Shown here: piece after piece, positions 61,297 to 64,000 of the stretch | How the letters are laid out: each line of letters starts with the position of its first letter | Numbering within the stretch: the stretch's first letter is position 1 | Made by a program: the position numbers and the translations under genes | NCBI RefSeq assembly: GCF_006345805.1 | Contig: NC_043000.1 | Span: 57,040,001 to 57,104,000, forward strand | DNA from: Octopus sinensis | Taxonomy: Eukaryota | Length of the DNA stretch: 64,000 nucleotides | Direction: 5' to 3' | The notes under the pieces: generated by a model | What the model saw: only the letters and a program-made list of their open reading frames with translations | What the model was told of the DNA's origin: nothing | The model's database searches: none

Positions 61297-63339
61297 CTCA
61301 GTTTGTTAGAAATAGCAGCCATACTTACTAAAATTTACCTCACTCCTAACAGGCTTAAAAAAAAAAGAAAAACAAACATATACAAACAAATGTAAATATC
61401 CATGCAGAAATTTTATCATTTCATTGCCAATATTAAAAGAAATTTTCCATGTAGACAAATACAAAAATAAATAGTTTAGAATAAGGAGGATTTTAAAAGA
61501 TTTTTAGTTCCAGTTTGACAATGAACAGTGGTGATTCTCATTTCTTCAAAGATTACTTATGTATGCCTAAAGGAGACAGGTCAAGAATGGAATGGCTTTT
61601 TGATCATGGCTGACACAAACAACAACAATGAAATGTGACTAGAACTTTTATCAAGAACTGTTACTTTTGTTTTAAAAAAATATTCAGTTTTTAGCCTGAG
61701 TGATTTTGTGTCATAAGTTTTGGGCTCATCTAGAGATTAATCTCTAACTTAATCTATTATAAAGATTTGTTGATAGTGTTATATGAAGCAATGGAATACA
61801 TCTCAGCATCATATGTTTCCTTAAAGAGCGAAGGTTATAAATTTATCAAAAACAGAAGAGGATAGTATTACCTTTTTTTTAATGAAATCCAATTTAAGCT
61901 TATTTAGAAGCACACATTAATACTTATATGACACCCAAACTGTCTTAAAAAATGTGTATGTTGTTTAGGTAGTCTTATTGATACTATCTCTGAACGAATA
62001 CCTTTTATCATAATTCTACTGAGACATGGCTGACCTGGGACAAAACAACACAGATGCTTTGTTTTTAGTTGAATATCATTATTGGTATGCTATTATTGTA
62101 GACAATTTTGTCTGATTATTGATTAAATTTTGTAATGTAATTTTCAACTGAAGGCAATTATTGGCAATTCTTGAATTTGAATAGGAACATCAGCTGAGAG
62201 TTGATTAAATAAGTAGAAATAATCTGTTTCAGTTTAATCACTTGTCTTCGTTCCTCTGAAGTTGATAAAATAAAGTACCAATCAAGTACAACAGATGATA
62301 TAATTGATTGTTTCCTTACCCCAAAATTGCTGGCTCTGCCTATGCAAGAAATTATTATTGGCACTAGTATATCTCTGAAAACTGGGTCTTTGGGTTGTTT
62401 TGTGTTACGTTGTAGCAATAACATTAATTTTCATTAGATCTTTAAATGCAGTTAAGCATAGAATAAAACCAAGAATGCTGGGGTTTTTTTGTTTTTGTAA
62501 TTTTGGAATAATGAAGAAAGTTTTACAAGTGAGAGGTGTCAACAATATGAACTAACTAATGAGCCAAGCAATTCAGTAAAAAAAGATGAAACTTGAGGTG
62601 TGTCACCATGCTATAAGGAGAATAAACATTTAATGTTTTAGACAGAATTTTTCATTATCAGATAAAGGGTTCTAGATATGTACTTGATTTATTTTTTCTT
62701 ATGCTATATGAACATACTTCATTCTTTGCTTCTTATTAATCTGATGCTTGCTGTTATAGACTTCCAGCAGTCTTCTTGAATAATATCAAATAAATTGATT
62801 AAGGAAATTTTTCTTAATTTCATAGAAACTTTTTGTACAATTTTGAGTATTTTTAGGAAACAGATTTAGAAAACATGATTATAAATTAATTCAGTGATTA
62901 AGAACCTAATCTTGGCTGATTTAAGAATCTAATTTAGCATGGTTTGTATGATTTTTGAAGTGATAAAGAAATGCATGACTTTAATCCATTCATTTCAAAT
63001 AATTACAGTTTAATATTTGGTTTTCCCCCACTGCAAAAGCAGCATTGATTTTTTTTTTTTTTTGTAGTTTCTTTCACATGAGAGAAATATTGCTTTTGAC
63101 ATGTGTTTTTTAATATAGTTTTCATTTCTTTCAGTTTTTGCTATATTAATAAATTTCATTTCATGAAATAAAAATTATAAGTTAAGGCCATGAGAAAATA
63201 TGCATCTCTAAAAGAGATATTTAATTTCCTTAACACTTTTACTATTAGTCTTTTTGTTTTTAATGATAGATTGAAGTTAACCAACCACTTCTTCAAACAA
63301 ATTGAGGGGTTTCTGTATTTATGTTATGTTACTTTACCA

Positions 63340-63720
63340 AAAGATATCATTGTACTCTCTCACACACATGTATTTCTCACACATGCCATCATTCATCCTT
63401 ACTGCTATCTCACATTATTCCTTATTTTACCAGTCATTATTATTGACACTCATTGCTCTCTCTCTCTCTCTCTCATCTCTCTTTCTCACTTCCACTACTC
63501 TATCTTCCATCACGCTGTCTCCTTCCAATTACTCTCTCTTCCTCATCATGCTACTATCACTGTTTTCTGTTACTCTCTTTCTTTTTTCTTCACCAACAGT
63601 CATCATGTAGCTATCAATCACTCTCTTCCATTGCTCTTCCTTTTATCATCCTCTTGCTCCTATCTAGTTCTCTTCTGTTATTCTTTTTTCTATCACTGTC
63701 TTTCTTTGGTTCTCTTCTGA
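63340..63720. repeat. Pyrimidine-rich (CT/CTT) low-complexity tract
   Basis: Direct reading. Confidence 0.8.
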
Positions 63721-64000
63721 CCTGTTGTGTGGAAAATAAGCAAACAGATACTATGCCAGGAACTCCTCTCTCTCTCTCTCATTGATAGAAAAAGAGGCTA
63801 GAATGTATACTAGAGAGAATTTAGTCTTAATGGGGTCTAAGCAACTTCTGTAGTGCTGCTACCACAATAAAATACACCCAGTGCAATCAATAAAGTGGTT
63901 ACTGAACAAATGGAGATAGTGTAGGATAGAGAGGACTCTTTAGTCTTGCTGGTGGCAGATTAACCTCTCTAGTGCTGGTGCTATAATAAAATGCATCTAG

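Noticed and set aside
63190-63785. 176-aa hydrophobic ORF
   Set aside because: It arises from a CT-rich low-complexity tract, with no motif and no splice support.

Overview
AT-rich, microsatellite-dense animal genomic DNA. The repeat families look like those of Octopus (pattern recognition, no search run). No complete protein-coding gene can be called with confidence. Nearly all coding-like signal comes from decayed transposons: Gypsy RNaseH-integrase, Penelope GIY-YIG, several RTE LINE pieces, a CR1 3' end, a Helitron Rep/PIF1-helicase and Tc1/mariner N-termini. These lie among many tRNA-headed SINEs and piggyBac-, hAT- and Tc1-type MITEs. A CpG-retaining zone at about 26.4-31 kb, with a CRE palindrome and outward-facing splice donors, looks like a bidirectional promoter. 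A phase-compatible chain of candidate minus-strand exons runs left from it (low confidence). The most striking structure is a short tRNA-headed element whose 3' tail carries a Penelope-type minimal hammerhead ribozyme motif. It occurs twice as a head-to-head palindrome of about 470-520 bp, each bounded by its own 12-14 bp target-site duplication (25.6-26.0 kb and 46.5-47.1 kb), and once as an older single copy (39.2-39.4 kb). Other notable structures are a templated inverted duplication inside the Helitron, a twin-primed (5'-inverted) RTE insertion with an 11-bp TSD, a multiply deleted RTE and a 177-bp foldback element.
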